Of a stretch of DNA of 39,200 bases, positions 1 to 8,807 are shown piece by piece (the stretch's first letter is position 1; the number at the start of each line of letters is the position of its first letter). The notes beneath the pieces were generated by a model. It ran no database searches, was not told where the DNA came from, and was given only the letters and a program-made list of their open reading frames with translations. The position numbers were made by a program, and so were the translations under genes. Source of the stretch: Methanomicrobia archaeon LH_S13 (GTDB lineage Archaea > Halobacteriota > Syntropharchaeia > Alkanophagales > Methanospirareceae); the NCBI GenBank assembly GCA_023659785.1, contig JAGXOR010000001.1:1-39200 (forward strand), written 5' to 3'.

Positions 1-54
1 GATAGTATCATAAAGCATAAAGATAAACATTTCGGTACATTTCAGTTAACTATA
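1..54. repeat. 54-nt segment, exact inverted copy of 16020-16073; probably the end of a mobile/MITE-like element running off the left edge
   Basis: The reverse complement of 1-54 equals 16020-16073 base for base. The match stops at position 55 versus 16019. It abuts a truncated PIN-domain stub. Confidence 0.7.
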
Positions 55-57
55 TAT

Positions 58-114
58 TTAGACTCCTCTCTTCTTTACCATGTCAATAAAGACAGAAGAG
101 TCAATGTACTTCAT
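58..114 (-). pseudogene. VapC/PIN-domain toxin N-terminal stub (18 codons, MKYIDSSVFIDMVKKRGV*)
   Basis: The ATG overlaps the stop of the upstream small ORF (ATGA-type overlap typical of TA pairs). MKYIDSSVFI resembles the PIN N-terminus with its first acidic residue. The reading frame ends where repeat 1-54 begins. Confidence 0.3.
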
Positions 115-241
115 TCTTCAACGCTCCCTCTCCTTCAGAAAATCCTCCACTGTAAGCGAAATCCCTTTCTTCTTTAAAATTTCCATCTCTCCACAAACCT
201 GTAAGATTAATCGGCTGTGTTCTTATTACGGTTTGAGCCAT
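101..241 (-). CDS. small ORF (46 aa, MAQTVIRTQPINLTGLWRDGNFKEERDF...), possible antitoxin partner of the truncated PIN gene
   Basis: AAGGAG-like RBS upstream of the ATG at 241. The ORF overlaps the PIN stub. It is below the ORF-track length cutoff and was translated by hand. Confidence 0.3.
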   Translation of the reverse strand: MAQTVIRTQPINLTGLWRDGNFKEERDFAYSGGFSEGEGALKNEVH

Positions 242-308
242 CTTTTCTTCTCCTTATTTTTTTCTATTCTATCGCCTCCTTGGCAAATGATACTTTCTCG
301 CATGGCAT

Positions 309-1838
309 TTAAATCCTTAGTTTCCACTGCCATCTTTTCCTCTTCCCTACCAATTTGCTTATCTCATCGCTCGTTACCATCCCGATAACTCTTCTATCCC
401 CGTCTATCACTGGTAACGCGGAGATGTTATATCTCTCCAACTTTCTTATCACCAGCTCCAGAGGCTCCTCCGAATCCGCGGTTATCACCGCCCTTGTCAT
501 TATTTCCGCCAATCCCTCGTGTCGCTTCGCCACTGCCGTTGATATATCCCAGGCTGTTACTATCCCCACAAGTTTGCTCTCTTTTGATATAACAGGAACA
601 TGTGTGAACTGTGCTTCCATAATCAATTTCGCCGCATCTGCTATACTTGCCCTTTCACTTATCGTCTTCACTTCGCGTATCATCACGTCCTTCACCAGTG
701 GCAGCTCCTTCGTCTGTTTCATCGGCTTGCACACGGTATCTGTTGGCAATCGCTCTACGGGCAATGATAATAAAAACTTCCCTACCTCTATTTCACTCTT
801 CAACTCCTCAGCCACTTTCTTCGCCATAAAAAAGCTGGAAAGAGGAGAAGCTGGCACTTCCTTACCTTCTATCTCTATGAGTCCCGATTTTAACTCCTCG
901 TATGTAACTTTCCTCAATACAGGCCTTTCTCGCCTACTAACACCATAATCAAGCACTTCTGTTACAATATCCGCATCATTTATTCCTGTTTTCTTCGCTA
1001 TTCTTTCATTCAGTACCGGTATCGGTATTCCAATACCCACATACAGAGTAACACCATACCCGTAGAAGGAGGCACCTTTGAGAAATTCCACGTTCATCTC
1101 TTTCACGTTTCCTGCAACCATTAATGTTCCAAAGTTGTTAACAGGGCTATGTTGCGTACCGGCTCCTGCTACATATCCACTTGCACCGCAAAGGAAAATC
1201 CTTGTTCCCACCCCTATAGTCTCGAAGTCGGGGTCGTTAAAAAGGGGAGAGAGTGCGCCAGCACCACAATAATTCGCATTTCGATAACTGGGAAGCAGCG
1301 TGCCCATATATGTGTACAGAGTTTTGTCTGTGGAGTTTGTCGCAACTTCATGCCTCTGAGCTGAATTCCTCGGATTTAACATCACCGCCTGATTCAGGTC
1401 TTCAAGCGTAATTGTTGTTTCTAGTTCTTTACGGGGATAGCAATCCGTGCCATAACCGAGAGCCTTCACCTCTATTGGCTTACCAGCCACTAAATCTTCT
1501 ATTACGTATCCTCCACCATATTCCATTCTTTTATCCTCGGATAATTGCGCTGCTCCTAAATAAGCATCTACCGCGGCAATTCCTGTATGTGCTTCTACAT
1601 CGTTAAGCCACACTCGCTGCATTTTTATCGGTGGCTCTGCATGCCCAAAGTTGATAAATACCCCTGAGGAACACATAGGACCAAAAGTCCCCGTGGTTAC
1701 GACATCTACTTCCTTCGCCGCTTCTTCTGTACCCAATTCGCTCACTATCTCGCTCATTCTATCTGCTGTCACTACACGAACACTGCCGTCCTCAATTCTC
1801 TTGTTTATCTCCCCTATGCTTTTTTCTGTCCCCGTCAT
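309..1838 (-). CDS. COG1900/MA1821-type homocysteine biosynthesis protein (L-aspartate-semialdehyde sulfurtransferase family) with C-terminal CBS pair
   Basis: ORF 309..1877. The N-terminal ~390 aa carry family-typical stretches (TGTFGPMCSSGVF, YCGAGALSPLFNDP, GIGIPIPVLNE). These are followed by two CBS repeats (VPVISKESKLVGIVTAWDI, ALPVIDGDRRVIGMVTSDEI). Start placed at ATG 1838 (MTGTEKS...); 1877 is an alternative. Confidence 0.8.
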   Translation of the reverse strand: MTGTEKSIGEINKRIEDGSVRVVTADRMSEIVSELGTEEAAKEVDVVTTGTFGPMCSSGVFINFGHAEPPIKMQRVWLNDVEAHTGIAAVDAYLGAAQLSEDKRMEYGGGYVIEDLVAGKPIEVKALGYGTDCYPRKELETTITLEDLNQAVMLNPRNSAQRHEVATNSTDKTLYTYMGTLLPSYRNANYCGAGALSPLFNDPDFETIGVGTRIFLCGASGYVAGAGTQHSPVNNFGTLMVAGNVKEMNVEFLKGASFYGYGVTLYVGIGIPIPVLNERIAKKTGINDADIVTEVLDYGVSRRERPVLRKVTYEELKSGLIEIEGKEVPASPLSSFFMAKKVAEELKSEIEVGKFLLSLPVERLPTDTVCKPMKQTKELPLVKDVMIREVKTISERASIADAAKLIMEAQFTHVPVISKESKLVGIVTAWDISTAVAKRHEGLAEIMTRAVITADSEEPLELVIRKLERYNISALPVIDGDRRVIGMVTSDEISKLVGKRKRWQWKLRI

Positions 1839-1906
1839 TGTTTTTATCTCAGTTATACGTAAAAGATACGAAAGCAAAGTTATAAAATATTATGGTTTTT
1901 GCTCCA

Positions 1907-2470
1907 TCATTTATTCCTTGCCATATCGCACAAATACTTAACCATACATGCGTGTTCAATCGAGCTGAGAATAACAAAGGCTTCGTCTACCGTTGCCCCA
2001 CGAGCAAAAGTGCCGTGACCCTGAACGACAATCCCCTTATGGTCGCGAAGCGCGCGGGCGGCATTTCTCGCCAGTTCTTCCGAACCGATACCACCAGTCA
2101 CCACGGGTATTTCATGCAGAAAATAAATGCTTTCCGAATCTTCAGGCACAATCAGCATCTGCTCGCCGGGCTTGCAAAGCATTGACATCACCACCGCATA
2201 CTTTGAATGCCCATGTAAAATAGCAAGAGCAGATGTGTCCTTGTAAATTGCTCGATGAACGTTTACCTCTGACGAGGCAATCACATCAAGCTCATCCGGC
2301 GATGCGAGGTCTATTGGAACCGTAACAATCTGTCCTTCGAGCTCGTCAAGCATGCTTCCTGTTGTGCTGATAAGCATCTGGTCTCCAACTCGCTTGCTCA
2401 CATTTCCAAAATGCGAATGTACGAGCCCTGCCTCAACTATTTTCCGCCCGTATTTTATTAGTTCTTGCAT
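1907..2470 (-). CDS. class II aldolase/adducin family protein (FucA-like)
   Basis: 187 aa with fold-typical motifs: HFGNVS, metal-binding histidines (LHGHSKYAV) and VVQGHGTFARG. Confidence 0.75.
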   Translation of the reverse strand: MQELIKYGRKIVEAGLVHSHFGNVSKRVGDQMLISTTGSMLDELEGQIVTVPIDLASPDELDVIASSEVNVHRAIYKDTSALAILHGHSKYAVVMSMLCKPGEQMLIVPEDSESIYFLHEIPVVTGGIGSEELARNAARALRDHKGIVVQGHGTFARGATVDEAFVILSSIEHACMVKYLCDMARNK

Positions 2471-2611
2471 TTCGCATTAGTATTCAGTAAACTTGATAAG
2501 CCCTTTACAAGGTTTTACAAGCTCGCAGAGCCGTGTAGAAGTTTTGACATTTGGATTTAGGATTTTTCACTTTTTATTGAGCATTTTCGTATTATATTAT
2601 TTTATTTTATT

Positions 2612-3241
2612 TTATATTATACCCAACACCGCTTCAATGTTATCAAAGACAAAATCAGGTTTTTCCTTTTCCAATTCCTCTTTTGAGTACATCCCGGTAG
2701 TTAAGCCAATCGTCTTTACGCTTGCCCTTCTGCCCTGGATTATATCGGGTGGTGTATCGCCACAATAGAAAGTTTGAGCCGCCGTAGATTTAAGTAATTC
2801 TATCGCTTCGAGTAAAGGTTCAGGGTCAGGTCTTGCTCTTTCGGTATCCTCTGCGGTGAGTAAAATGTCATAAGAGAACTGAAAAAGCCGTATCATTTCA
2901 TCTGCTGATTCCCTATCCTTTGTCGTTACAATCCCTATTTTTATCCCTTTTTCCCTAATCAGCTCAAGTGTCATTTTCGATTTCGGCAGTTCCTTTATCA
3001 TTGGTTTGAATTTCGTCCTGATAAGGTGGAGGAAGACCGAATCAAACTCAGCCGGGTCTTTATCCGGGTACAAAACCTTGAAAGAGAGCTGACTTGGCAA
3101 ATAGATTGTTTCCTTTATCTCATTATCTGCTGGAATTCTCAAACCCCTTATTCTCGCTGCTTCCTTAACAGAACTCAAAATCGCTGCGGACGAATCAATT
3201 AAAGTGCCATCCATATCAAAAAGACCAGTTTTGAATTTCAT
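2612..3241 (-). CDS. HAD-superfamily hydrolase (phosphoglycolate phosphatase-like)
   Basis: 209 aa. HAD motif I is FDMDGTLIDS, motif II is VTTK, and motifs III/IV are CGDTPPDI. Confidence 0.75.
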   Translation of the reverse strand: MKFKTGLFDMDGTLIDSSAAILSSVKEAARIRGLRIPADNEIKETIYLPSQLSFKVLYPDKDPAEFDSVFLHLIRTKFKPMIKELPKSKMTLELIREKGIKIGIVTTKDRESADEMIRLFQFSYDILLTAEDTERARPDPEPLLEAIELLKSTAAQTFYCGDTPPDIIQGRRASVKTIGLTTGMYSKEELEKEKPDFVFDNIEAVLGII

Positions 3242-3246
3242 TCTTT

Positions 3247-3699
3247 TTATGACTTCTCCTTCTTATCCACTATTATCTCCTCTATCCGCGTATGTGGGTA
3301 ATTTCCCGTTTCGTCCTTCTCCTCCGACTTTACCATGTCCCAAATTGTCAGCAATGCCACAGATAGCCCATGCAGTGTATCCATCTCTACACCTGTCTTT
3401 CCAACTGATTTCACAGATACTGCTGCTTTTATATCTCCTTCGCCTATCGAAAAATCAACGTTTACAGCTTCGATACTTATAGGATGGCATAAGGGGATCA
3501 TATCCGGGGTTTTTTTCACCGCCAATATCGCTGCTGTCTCTGCACATCCAAACACATCTCCTTTCTTTATAGTCCCCTTTTTAATTTTCTCCACGGTACT
3601 GCTTTTTAATTTTATTCTGCCAGAAGCCACTGCTATTCGCTCAACATCTCCTTTCTCGCTTATATCCACCATGATCATGCTTACGCCATGTTTATTCAT
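3247..3699 (-). CDS. moaC: cyclic pyranopterin monophosphate synthase MoaC
   Basis: 150 aa. MVDISEK, KGDVFG.AE.A.I.A.KKT...IPLCHP and [11 protein letters not shown] are MoaC-typical. Confidence 0.85.
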   Translation of the reverse strand: MNKHGVSMIMVDISEKGDVERIAVASGRIKLKSSTVEKIKKGTIKKGDVFGCAETAAILAVKKTPDMIPLCHPISIEAVNVDFSIGEGDIKAAVSVKSVGKTGVEMDTLHGLSVALLTIWDMVKSEEKDETGNYPHTRIEEIIVDKKEKS

Positions 3700-3747
3700 T
3701 GCTTATACATCATATTTTGTATTTTTGTATAAATAAAATAGTTATTC

Positions 3748-4015
3748 CAGAAGATAAGCAAGAAAGCCTCAGCGCTTTAGCCTGAGGATGAATTGCGCTT
3801 ATAATTGTATGTGCATACTTTTTATGTCTATCAATTCCTTTTTATACTAACAAATCTTATATTATATTATATTAAGCATATGGAAATACAAAACACCGCG
3901 AAGGGATATAGAAGTGGGATAAAGCTAGAGAAGTTGAAAGGGATAAGAAAAAGAGCAAGCCTTAGAAGAACGTTTCGATATTCCTTGCACAGCTGGTCGT
4001 TCTATCAACTGCAAG
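3748..4015 (+). mobile_element. decayed IS200/IS605-type element relic (tnpB fragment plus conserved 5' block with hairpin)
   Basis: 3748-3819 matches 9780-9851 with one mismatch and contains the hairpin CCTCAG-N9-CCTGAGG. 3916-4015 matches 10010-10109 at roughly 90% and encodes the TnpB-like segment GIKLEKLKGIRK.ASLRR.FRYSLHSWSFYQLQ. Confidence 0.6.
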
Positions 4016-5408
4016 TTTCCTTCCCACCTAACATCTCCTTCACCCTATCTCTCTTATAAATTGCCTCCCTAATTGCATTATCCACCTTCCTCTTCATCTC
4101 TTCAAAATCGCCACCCGATTCTCCTACAACCTTCTTTACCGGCGTGTAAGCCGACTCTCGAAACTTAGGAACAAACTCCTTCTTTTCTCCATCCACAATG
4201 ATCTCTGCACCCCTCCCCTCTTCTACATTGCCAATTTCTTCTATTCTCACTCCTTCACTCCTTACAACTTTCTTCACATCTTCCGCAACGGCTTCCGGAC
4301 AAATAATTAGAAGAGCATCTAAAGAGACACCTAAATAGTCTATCCCATGCCGCTCCAGCATCTCAAGCACGTGCTCATTCACCAAACTCCTTATTCGTTC
4401 TTCATAAAAAACGAGTTTCAAAGCTGCTACCTTTGCAATCTCATTTGCATCTCCGCGAATTCCTCCATTCGTAACGTCTGTCATGACATGAACCTTTCTT
4501 ACCATGTCTTCTTCGATAATAGTATTACAAGCATCCAAAAATTTTATGTTCAACGTTTCTTTCACAACTTCGTATTCACCATAATACAAAGCGGCGGTGG
4601 ATATTGTGCCGCCGCCTGCGCCTTCAGTCATCAATATTACATCTCCTTCTTTTGCCCCTCCCCTAGACACAACAGCTTCAGCCACGCCAACCGCACCAAC
4701 GCAGCCCGTCATTCGTTCCCCTATTACTACGTCACCACCTATTCTCAATGTCGAGCCCGTTACGAGAGGAACACCAGTAGCGTCTGATACGGCTGAAATC
4801 CCGGCAATATGGTCAAATATCTTCGCAACGTCGCCATCGTCGGCAACGTGAATGTCCGACAGCAGTGCAATCGGTGCAGCTCCCATCACATACACGTCAC
4901 GAAGAGCTGCACGTGCAACGTGAAACCCCGCGAGAAAAGGAAAATCACTCAGCCTCGAATGCATTCCATCCACGGTTACGACCACAAATTTACCTTTATT
5001 GTTACCTGCGCCCTTACTCTTTCCTTCACTTAGAAAACGCACTACTCCGGAATCACTTAAGCTTGACGAGTCAACCACTGCACTAGTCGCACCTATTATC
5101 TCTCCTATTTTCTCATGAGCGTAAAAATCACCCAAGCCTCTCGACCCTACTCCGAACTCGCCCATTCTCACGCCTGATTTTATTTCCGTGAGAAGGCCAA
5201 TCAAAAACTCGTCTTTGCTTTTACCTTTATCTTTTAAATCAATCGTTCTTTTCGCTTCCTCTAATATCGCCTTAGAAAGTGCCTCAGCATCTTCCTTTCT
5301 TATACGAATGCGCTTTATCTCTATAATGCGACTGCACATCTCAGCGATTATTTCTTCTTCTCCTGCACCTTCTCTTAACTTCCTCTTTGCAAATCCCTCA
5401 AGGTCCAT
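4005..5408 (-). CDS. AIR synthase-related protein (PurM/HypE/ThiL superfamily)
   Basis: 467 aa with PurM-like N and C domains (VVTVDGMHS, DIHVADDGD, MTDVTNGGIRGD). The last codons and the stop (4005-4015) lie inside the IS relic. Confidence 0.7.
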   Translation of the reverse strand: MDLEGFAKRKLREGAGEEEIIAEMCSRIIEIKRIRIRKEDAEALSKAILEEAKRTIDLKDKGKSKDEFLIGLLTEIKSGVRMGEFGVGSRGLGDFYAHEKIGEIIGATSAVVDSSSLSDSGVVRFLSEGKSKGAGNNKGKFVVVTVDGMHSRLSDFPFLAGFHVARAALRDVYVMGAAPIALLSDIHVADDGDVAKIFDHIAGISAVSDATGVPLVTGSTLRIGGDVVIGERMTGCVGAVGVAEAVVSRGGAKEGDVILMTEGAGGGTISTAALYYGEYEVVKETLNIKFLDACNTIIEEDMVRKVHVMTDVTNGGIRGDANEIAKVAALKLVFYEERIRSLVNEHVLEMLERHGIDYLGVSLDALLIICPEAVAEDVKKVVRSEGVRIEEIGNVEEGRGAEIIVDGEKKEFVPKFRESAYTPVKKVVGESGGDFEEMKRKVDNAIREAIYKRDRVKEMLGGKETCS

Positions 5409-5451
5409 TTTTCATGCTTCCTTTATTTCTATTTAATGAGTTTGAAAATAA

Positions 5452-5790
5452 AATCCAAAATTCCTACGACTGGGGAAGCTTTCGGGCTTATATGCCAAGG
5501 AATACCCGTTCATATTGACAACAGGGACAAAATTGGAGATGTACACACACTCCATGATGCGTAACATTCCTTCGCTAAGCGAGCAATTCCCAGATAATCT
5601 ATTGGAAATCAATCCAGAAACAGCAACAAAAATTGGTATTGAGGACAGTGATATCGTAAGCGTTGAATCGCCAAGAGGTAGGATCGAGTGTTCAGCTAAA
5701 GTAACAGATTGCATCGATCCACGAGTTGTCGGTTTGTATCATGGATTTGCAAAGAGTAATTGTAACGTCTTAATATTGATGTCACGCTTC
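5452..5790 (+). pseudogene. C-terminal fragment of a Mo/W-bis-PGD (molybdopterin) oxidoreductase catalytic subunit
   Basis: The frame is open from 5452 with no ATG. EYPFILTTG...LEINPETATKIGIEDSDIVSVESPRGRIECSAKVT..DPRVVGLYHGF is the molybdopterin-dinucleotide-binding barrel. No upstream catalytic domains are present. Similarity is lost after about 5780. Confidence 0.6.
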
Positions 5791-6060
5791 GTTCACGACT
5801 CTGCGGTTGCTTCGCAACAGGCTTTGCTTTCGGGATCGGAACGAGTGTGATAAGCGGGCTTTATCCTGCATAGAGAGCATCAATGCTGAAACCGATAGAA
5901 GCACGGAGGTAGGAATGATGAAGTGAAAGATTTTTGGTTTGAGCAACATCCCGAGACGAGAAAGTTTTATTTTCTCTGTTCTACATATATAAAAGACTTA
6001 GCATGAAAAATAGAAAAGCTTATATTTACCTATTATAAACATGTGCATATGGATAATACA

Positions 6061-6171
6061 ATGATGAGAGTATCTAAGGAAACGAGAGATATGCTAAAAG
6101 AGATAGGGAAGAAGGGGGAGACCTATGATGATATTATCAGGAGGCTAATAGAGATAGAGAAATGCAAATAA
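6061..6171 (+). CDS. short ribbon-helix-helix-like ORF (36 aa, MMRVSKETRDMLKEIGKKGETYDDIIRRLIEIEKCK), resembles truncated COG1753-type VapB antitoxin
   Basis: Translated by hand because it is below the track cutoff. The pattern (I/V)S.ET...L......(E/S)(Y/F)(D/S)D(V/I)IRRL is typical of small archaeal antitoxin-like proteins. Its 3' end overlaps the tnpB relic start at 6162. Confidence 0.35.
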   Translation: MMRVSKETRDMLKEIGKKGETYDDIIRRLIEIEKCK

Positions 6172-6708
6172 CCTATAAGTTTCGGCTGTACCCGAAGAAG
6201 GAAGACGAAAAGAAGTTGCTATCGGTGTTAGAGATATGCAGGTTGCTCTACAACTCCTTTTTAGCTATCTGGAATGACAGCGAGAAGGTTCCTTCCAGGT
6301 ATAAGTTGCAGGCGATGTTGCCCACGATGAAGGAAGAGCATGAAGGACTGAAAAAGGTGAACTCAAAAACTCTACAAATGGTTCTGTTTATGCTGTATAA
6401 TAATCTAAAAGAAAATTTCGGCGATAACGAGGACAATAGAGAAGGTTATGCGATTAGCTAAGTTACATCAACGATTGGCAAATCAACGAGATGACTTCCT
6501 ACACAAGCTGTCACGATTCTATGTTGATAACTACGACTTGATAGCGATTGAGGATTTGAACATAAAAGGGATGGCGAAGAATCATTGGCTTGCACAGTCA
6601 ATTTTAGATGCTTCATGGAGTAAGTTCTTTGGTAGGGATTATAACGCCTCGCTGAATATACTGGAGCGAGGTATGGTGGGGCAGGGACTGCCCCTTTGTG
6701 CCTTCTGA
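6162..6708 (+). pseudogene. tnpB: IS200/IS605-family tnpB (OrfB) pseudogene, internally deleted and split into two ORFs
   Basis: ORFs 6162..6461 and 6448..6708. The N-terminus is MQITYKFRLYPKKEDEKKL. The RuvC segment is LIAIEDLNIKGM. The C-terminal motif is RDYNASLNILERG. Together they total about 185 aa, against about 400 aa for intact TnpB. Confidence 0.75.
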
Positions 6709-6796
6709 GGTGGAACCGCTACGGGAGTTGATACCAATTTCCGCAAGTTCTATCGTTGAAGTAGGGAGTCCCTTGCGATAGCTATGGGTAGTTCAC
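6640..6796 (+). ncRNA. putative TnpB-associated omega/right-end RNA scaffold region of the decayed element
   Basis: The 3' end of the tnpB relic plus 88 nt downstream is about 90% identical to the inverted copy at 19703-19860, and both end in GGGTAGTTCAC. By established knowledge, the TnpB guide RNA is encoded at this location. Confidence 0.4.
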
Positions 6797-6802
6797 GTAA
6801 AG

Positions 6803-7750
6803 ATGGAACTGAACGAGTTATTAGGAATAGAGGATTTTATGCTGGTAGAACAGAGCTATGCCGCTCTAAAAGAGATAGGCAGAACGCTTGAATATCTTGG
6901 TAAGGTCAAAGAAGGGGACGTGACAGAATCAATAAGAATACTTACAGAAACCAGGATCAAAGGTAAAAATAAAGAGCTGATTGGCATTGCCATACAGGAT
7001 AAAGACCTGGGCTTCTGGATTATCTTCACGGATTTTATCTCAAACAAGAGAAGTAAGGAAGAATTTGAGGTGCTTGCAAACAGGATAAAAGGCGCTAAGG
7101 AAAGAGAAGTAGAAGTGGAACGGGAGAAATTTCGTGAGGGAGTGATTGAATTTTATTCTGTCGGGTTAGTAAACGGACTATTTTACAATTGTGTTTCCGA
7201 TTTAAATTTAGAAGGTGCGAGTTTCTATCCGAGGCAAAGGACAGAGGCATTAAAAAAAGTACTGGATGAATTTGTAAGCGAGAATGATTTAGAAAAAGAC
7301 AGGAGGGGTAAGAAAACACTTGAGATTGGATGTGGCGATGGAGGTGCAACAATTGCACTGCACGAATCAGGCATTTTCCCTTTTACTGTGGACATAAACG
7401 AATGTGAAATTTGCAAAGGGTTAGAAGAAGGGGTGTTGGAGCCTACGCGCAGCATTGTATTGGATTGCTCCGTACTGTCAACCTTTTTTGGTAAAGAATT
7501 TGACGTTGTCTTTGGGTTTATGATTGGTAAACTCACACCTTTTAATAGATTTGAGTGGGAAAGGGTGCTAAGAGAGGTTCATAATGTATTGAAAAGTAGT
7601 GGTAAAGTGCTGTTTACGGTTTCGAGTGAGGAGGAAGCAGTAATGGTAAAAGAGATATTAAAAGACGAATTCGAGGGAAAACTAAAAGAGAATAAAGAGA
7701 GTGAGGGTTATCTCGACCATTGGATGTATACTGGTTCTCTTTCTTCGTAA
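6803..7750 (+). CDS. class I SAM-dependent methyltransferase with uncharacterised N-terminal domain
   Basis: 315 aa. Motif I (LEIGCGDGGATIAL) and post-I/II-like segments lie in the C-terminal half. The ATG is 7 nt after the IS relic end. Confidence 0.65.
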   Translation: MELNELLGIEDFMLVEQSYAALKEIGRTLEYLGKVKEGDVTESIRILTETRIKGKNKELIGIAIQDKDLGFWIIFTDFISNKRSKEEFEVLANRIKGAKEREVEVEREKFREGVIEFYSVGLVNGLFYNCVSDLNLEGASFYPRQRTEALKKVLDEFVSENDLEKDRRGKKTLEIGCGDGGATIALHESGIFPFTVDINECEICKGLEEGVLEPTRSIVLDCSVLSTFFGKEFDVVFGFMIGKLTPFNRFEWERVLREVHNVLKSSGKVLFTVSSEEEAVMVKEILKDEFEGKLKENKESEGYLDHWMYTGSLSS

Positions 7751-7772
7751 TTCCTAAAGTACAACGAGGAAA

Positions 7773-8699
7773 ATGAAATCCAAGTTTATCGGTGCTTTAA
7801 TAGGCACTGCCGTTGGAGACGCATCCGGTGCTCTACTGGAAGGCTATAGCATGGATGAAGTCAATTCGGTGAAGGGGGGGAGCGATACGTGGGAAATGAT
7901 TTCTGGTCGTTACACAGACGATACGGAGATGATGAAAGGAGTTGCAGAATCTTTAATAGAGAATAAGGGTTTCAATGGAGAGCACATGGCAACGAGGTTT
8001 ATTGAGAATTACGACCCGAGAAGAGGATATGGTCCCGGGACTAGAGAAGCATTGAGAAGGATAAGCAAGGGTGAGAGCTGGAAAGAGACGTCGAAAAAGC
8101 TATTTGGTGGAAAAGGTTCGTATGGAAATGGAGCTGCAATGCGGATTGCTCCCGTAGGTCTTTTTTATTACGATGATGCAGATAAGCTAAGAGAAATAGC
8201 CTATAAATCAAGCCATATCACGCATTACCACGAGCTTGGTAAAGAAGGAGCAGCTTTGCAGGCTTTCTCTATCGCTTTGGCTGTATCGGGAACTAAAAAG
8301 GAAGACATGCTGCTCAAATTGAAAAGATTTATCAAGAGCGAGATATATAAGGAAAAGGTAAGAAAGCTGGAAGCGGTTTTGGATAAAGAAGCGACTAAAA
8401 AAGAGGTAAATTCCGAATTGGGGAATGGAGAAGCAGCTTTTAACTCGGTGCCAACTGCAATTTACTCTTTTCTTCGTGCCGACAGCTTTAAGGACGCTGT
8501 TGTTTATGCAGTAAGCCTGGGTGGCGATACTGACACCATAGGTGCGATGACGGGTGCAATAAGCGGTGCTTATTACGGCGAGGGAGGAATTCCAAAACGG
8601 TGGGAGGAGAAATTGGAGGAGGGGAAAGGGAAAAAGGGTAGAAGTTATATAAGGTGGTTAGGAGAAGAGTTGTATCGCGTTAAGGTTTTTATCTCTTAA
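7773..8699 (+). CDS. ADP-ribosylglycohydrolase family protein
   Basis: 308 aa with GALIGTAVGDA, RYTDDTEM and GGDTDTIGAMTGAISGAYYG. Confidence 0.85.
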   Translation: MKSKFIGALIGTAVGDASGALLEGYSMDEVNSVKGGSDTWEMISGRYTDDTEMMKGVAESLIENKGFNGEHMATRFIENYDPRRGYGPGTREALRRISKGESWKETSKKLFGGKGSYGNGAAMRIAPVGLFYYDDADKLREIAYKSSHITHYHELGKEGAALQAFSIALAVSGTKKEDMLLKLKRFIKSEIYKEKVRKLEAVLDKEATKKEVNSELGNGEAAFNSVPTAIYSFLRADSFKDAVVYAVSLGGDTDTIGAMTGAISGAYYGEGGIPKRWEEKLEEGKGKKGRSYIRWLGEELYRVKVFIS

Positions 8700-8726
8700 A
8701 AATAACTCATATTATAATAATTAAAT

Positions 8727-8799
8727 AGCCCGGTAGTGTAGGGGTCAATCATCCGAGGCCCTGGACCTCGTGACGACGGTTCGAATCCGTCCCGGGCTA
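8727..8799 (+). tRNA. tRNA-Gln (anticodon CUG), archaeal type with A1-U72; no encoded CCA
   Basis: Hand-folded cloverleaf. Acceptor stem AGCCCGG/CCGGGCT. D arm GTGT/TCAT. Anticodon stem CGAGG/CCTCG with loop CCCTGGA. T arm GACGG-TTCGAAT-CCGTC. Discriminator A. Confidence 0.85.
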
Positions 8800-8807
8800 T
8801 TTGAAAG

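Noticed and set aside
355-1941. Plus-strand ORFs overlapping the COG1900/CBS gene (355..948, 647..829, 1078..1272, 1149..1364, 1412..1606, 1651..1941)
   Set aside because: They are antisense to a gene with clear family motifs and have no recognisable domains of their own.
5433-5714. 93-aa minus-strand ORF
   Set aside because: It is antisense to the molybdopterin-oxidoreductase fragment, whose translation has clear family motifs.
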